This document shows positions 62,539 through 64,000 of a DNA stretch of 64,000 nt, piece after piece (within the stretch, counting starts at the first letter, position 1; each line of letters opens with the position of its first letter). A program made the translations under genes and the position numbers. This stretch comes from Pristiophorus japonicus (Eukaryota), in assembly GCF_044704955.1 (NCBI RefSeq), contig NC_091984.1, positions 144,646,001-144,710,000 of the forward strand, written 5' to 3'. Below the pieces are notes generated by a model, which saw only the letters and a list, made by a program, of their open reading frames with translations, was not told where the DNA came from and did no database searches.

Positions 62539-63660
62539 TGTCATATATGTAACCTTCATGTAACTGTAACCTTCATGTATTAACACTGCATACTATATAT
62601 ACCTAAAAAATGTACACCTTGACCACAGGGGGTGAACTTGTGGGAGACACTCCTCATCTGGTCCTCCAGGTATATAAAGGGAGGTCCCATGCAGGGTCAT
62701 CACTTCTTGGTCCTGTGAATAAAGGTTCAGGTCACAGAGTGACCTTGTCTGCAGAATGTACCTCATGTGAATTTATATTTGTGTGTAAGGACATTACATT
62801 TGGCGAAGAGAAGCAGGAATCAACGACTCACGAGAATGGCCACCAGTAGCACAGAGAAACGGTACTGTGTTGGTAACGACTGGGATGATTTCATTGAGAG
62901 GCTCCAGCAGAGCTTTGTCACAAAGGTCTGGCTGGGAGATGCAGCGGCTGACAAGCGAAGTGCGCATCTACTGACCAGCTGTGGACCTAAGACGTACGCG
63001 CTGATGAAAGACATGCTCGCACCCGAGAAGCCGGCGGACAAAACCTTTGAAGAGCTCAGCAAACTGATCAGTGAGCACCTCAAACTGGCGAGCAGTATAC
63101 ACATGGCCCAACACCGATTCTATACACACCGACGTTGGGAAGGACAGAGCATACTGGACTTCGTTGCAGACTTTCGGTGCTCGGCCAGCTTCTGTAAGTT
63201 CACAGACGCCTGCAGGAGGGAGATGTTAAGGGATTTCTTTATTGAGGACATTGGTCATGTCGGGATTTTTAGAAAGCTAATTGAGACCAAGGACTTGACC
63301 TTGGAAGTGGTGGCGTTCATGGCTCAGACCTTGGCAGGGGAAGAGGAAACCAGGACAATATACGCGCGCAACTCTGTTTCCAACGTGGCAATGGATCAGG
63401 GAGTTAACATTGTAAACGCGACTCAGAACCCCGCAGGCAGGCAAGGGCAATTCAACACCACTCAGGCAGCAACAGACTCGAGAGTGGGTCCTCAACAGAG
63501 ACAATGGCAGGTTGAATGGACATTTACGCCATCACGGTGGACAATGTGTCGCAGGATGGAGCCATTGACACACATGAACAGAGTGCTCAAGAGTAATCAA
63601 AGAGATAATCAGAGAGGAATGCCTGGCAACAGCCCTTTTGTTCACAACAATCTCAGCTCA
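62539..63660 (+). mobile_element. Second Gypsy element: 5' LTR (62539-62798), PBS and gag (ATG at 62836)
   Basis: TG..CA LTR with TATATAAA and AATAAA, TGGCGAAGAG PBS-like site, gag-like ORF DWDDFIERL..LLTSCG..LRDFFI. Confidence 0.85.
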
Positions 63661-64000
63661 TAGAAACATAGAAACATAGAAAATAGGTGCAAGAGTAGGC
63701 CATTCGTCCCTTCTAGCCTGCACCGCCATTCAATGAGTTCATGGCTGAACATGCAACTTCAGTACCACATTCCTGCTTTCTCGCCATACCCCTTGATCCC
63801 CCTAGTAGTAAGGACTTCATCTAACTCCTTTTTGAATATATTTTGTGAATTGGCCTCAACAACTTTCTGGGGTAGAGAATTCCACAGGTTCACCACTCTC
63901 TGGGTGAAGAAGTTTCTCCTCATCTCGGTCCTAAATGGCTTACCCCTTATCCTTAGACTGTGACCCCTGGTTCTGGACTTCCCCAACATTGGGAACATTC
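63661..64000 (-). mobile_element. CR1 3' end interrupting the Gypsy gag
   Basis: (TAGAAACA)n tail; RRNFFTQRVVNLWNSLP. Confidence 0.92.

Overview
Eukaryotic DNA from a cartilaginous fish (shark-type repeats and Ig genes), mostly decayed retroelements: CR1, RTE, Tx1/L1 and L2 LINEs, tRNA-headed SINEs and Gypsy LTR elements. It contains one complete, unrearranged kappa-type (elasmobranch type III/NS4-like) immunoglobulin light-chain cluster on the + strand: leader 30620-30668, V 30844-31142 with a 12-RSS, a 23-RSS with J 32845-32879, and C 43747-44075. A second intact C-kappa exon lies on the - strand (6967-7295). It sits in an inverted duplicate of the same cluster, in which I find no V or J but which kept the upstream enhancer-like block, the distal J-C intron, the splice acceptor and the 3' flank. 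A third, exon-less copy of J-C intron segments lies at about 47.7-53.9 kb. The single V-J unit is therefore flanked by two oppositely oriented C genes in multi-kb inverted repeats. All alignments were done by eye, and repeat boundaries are approximate.
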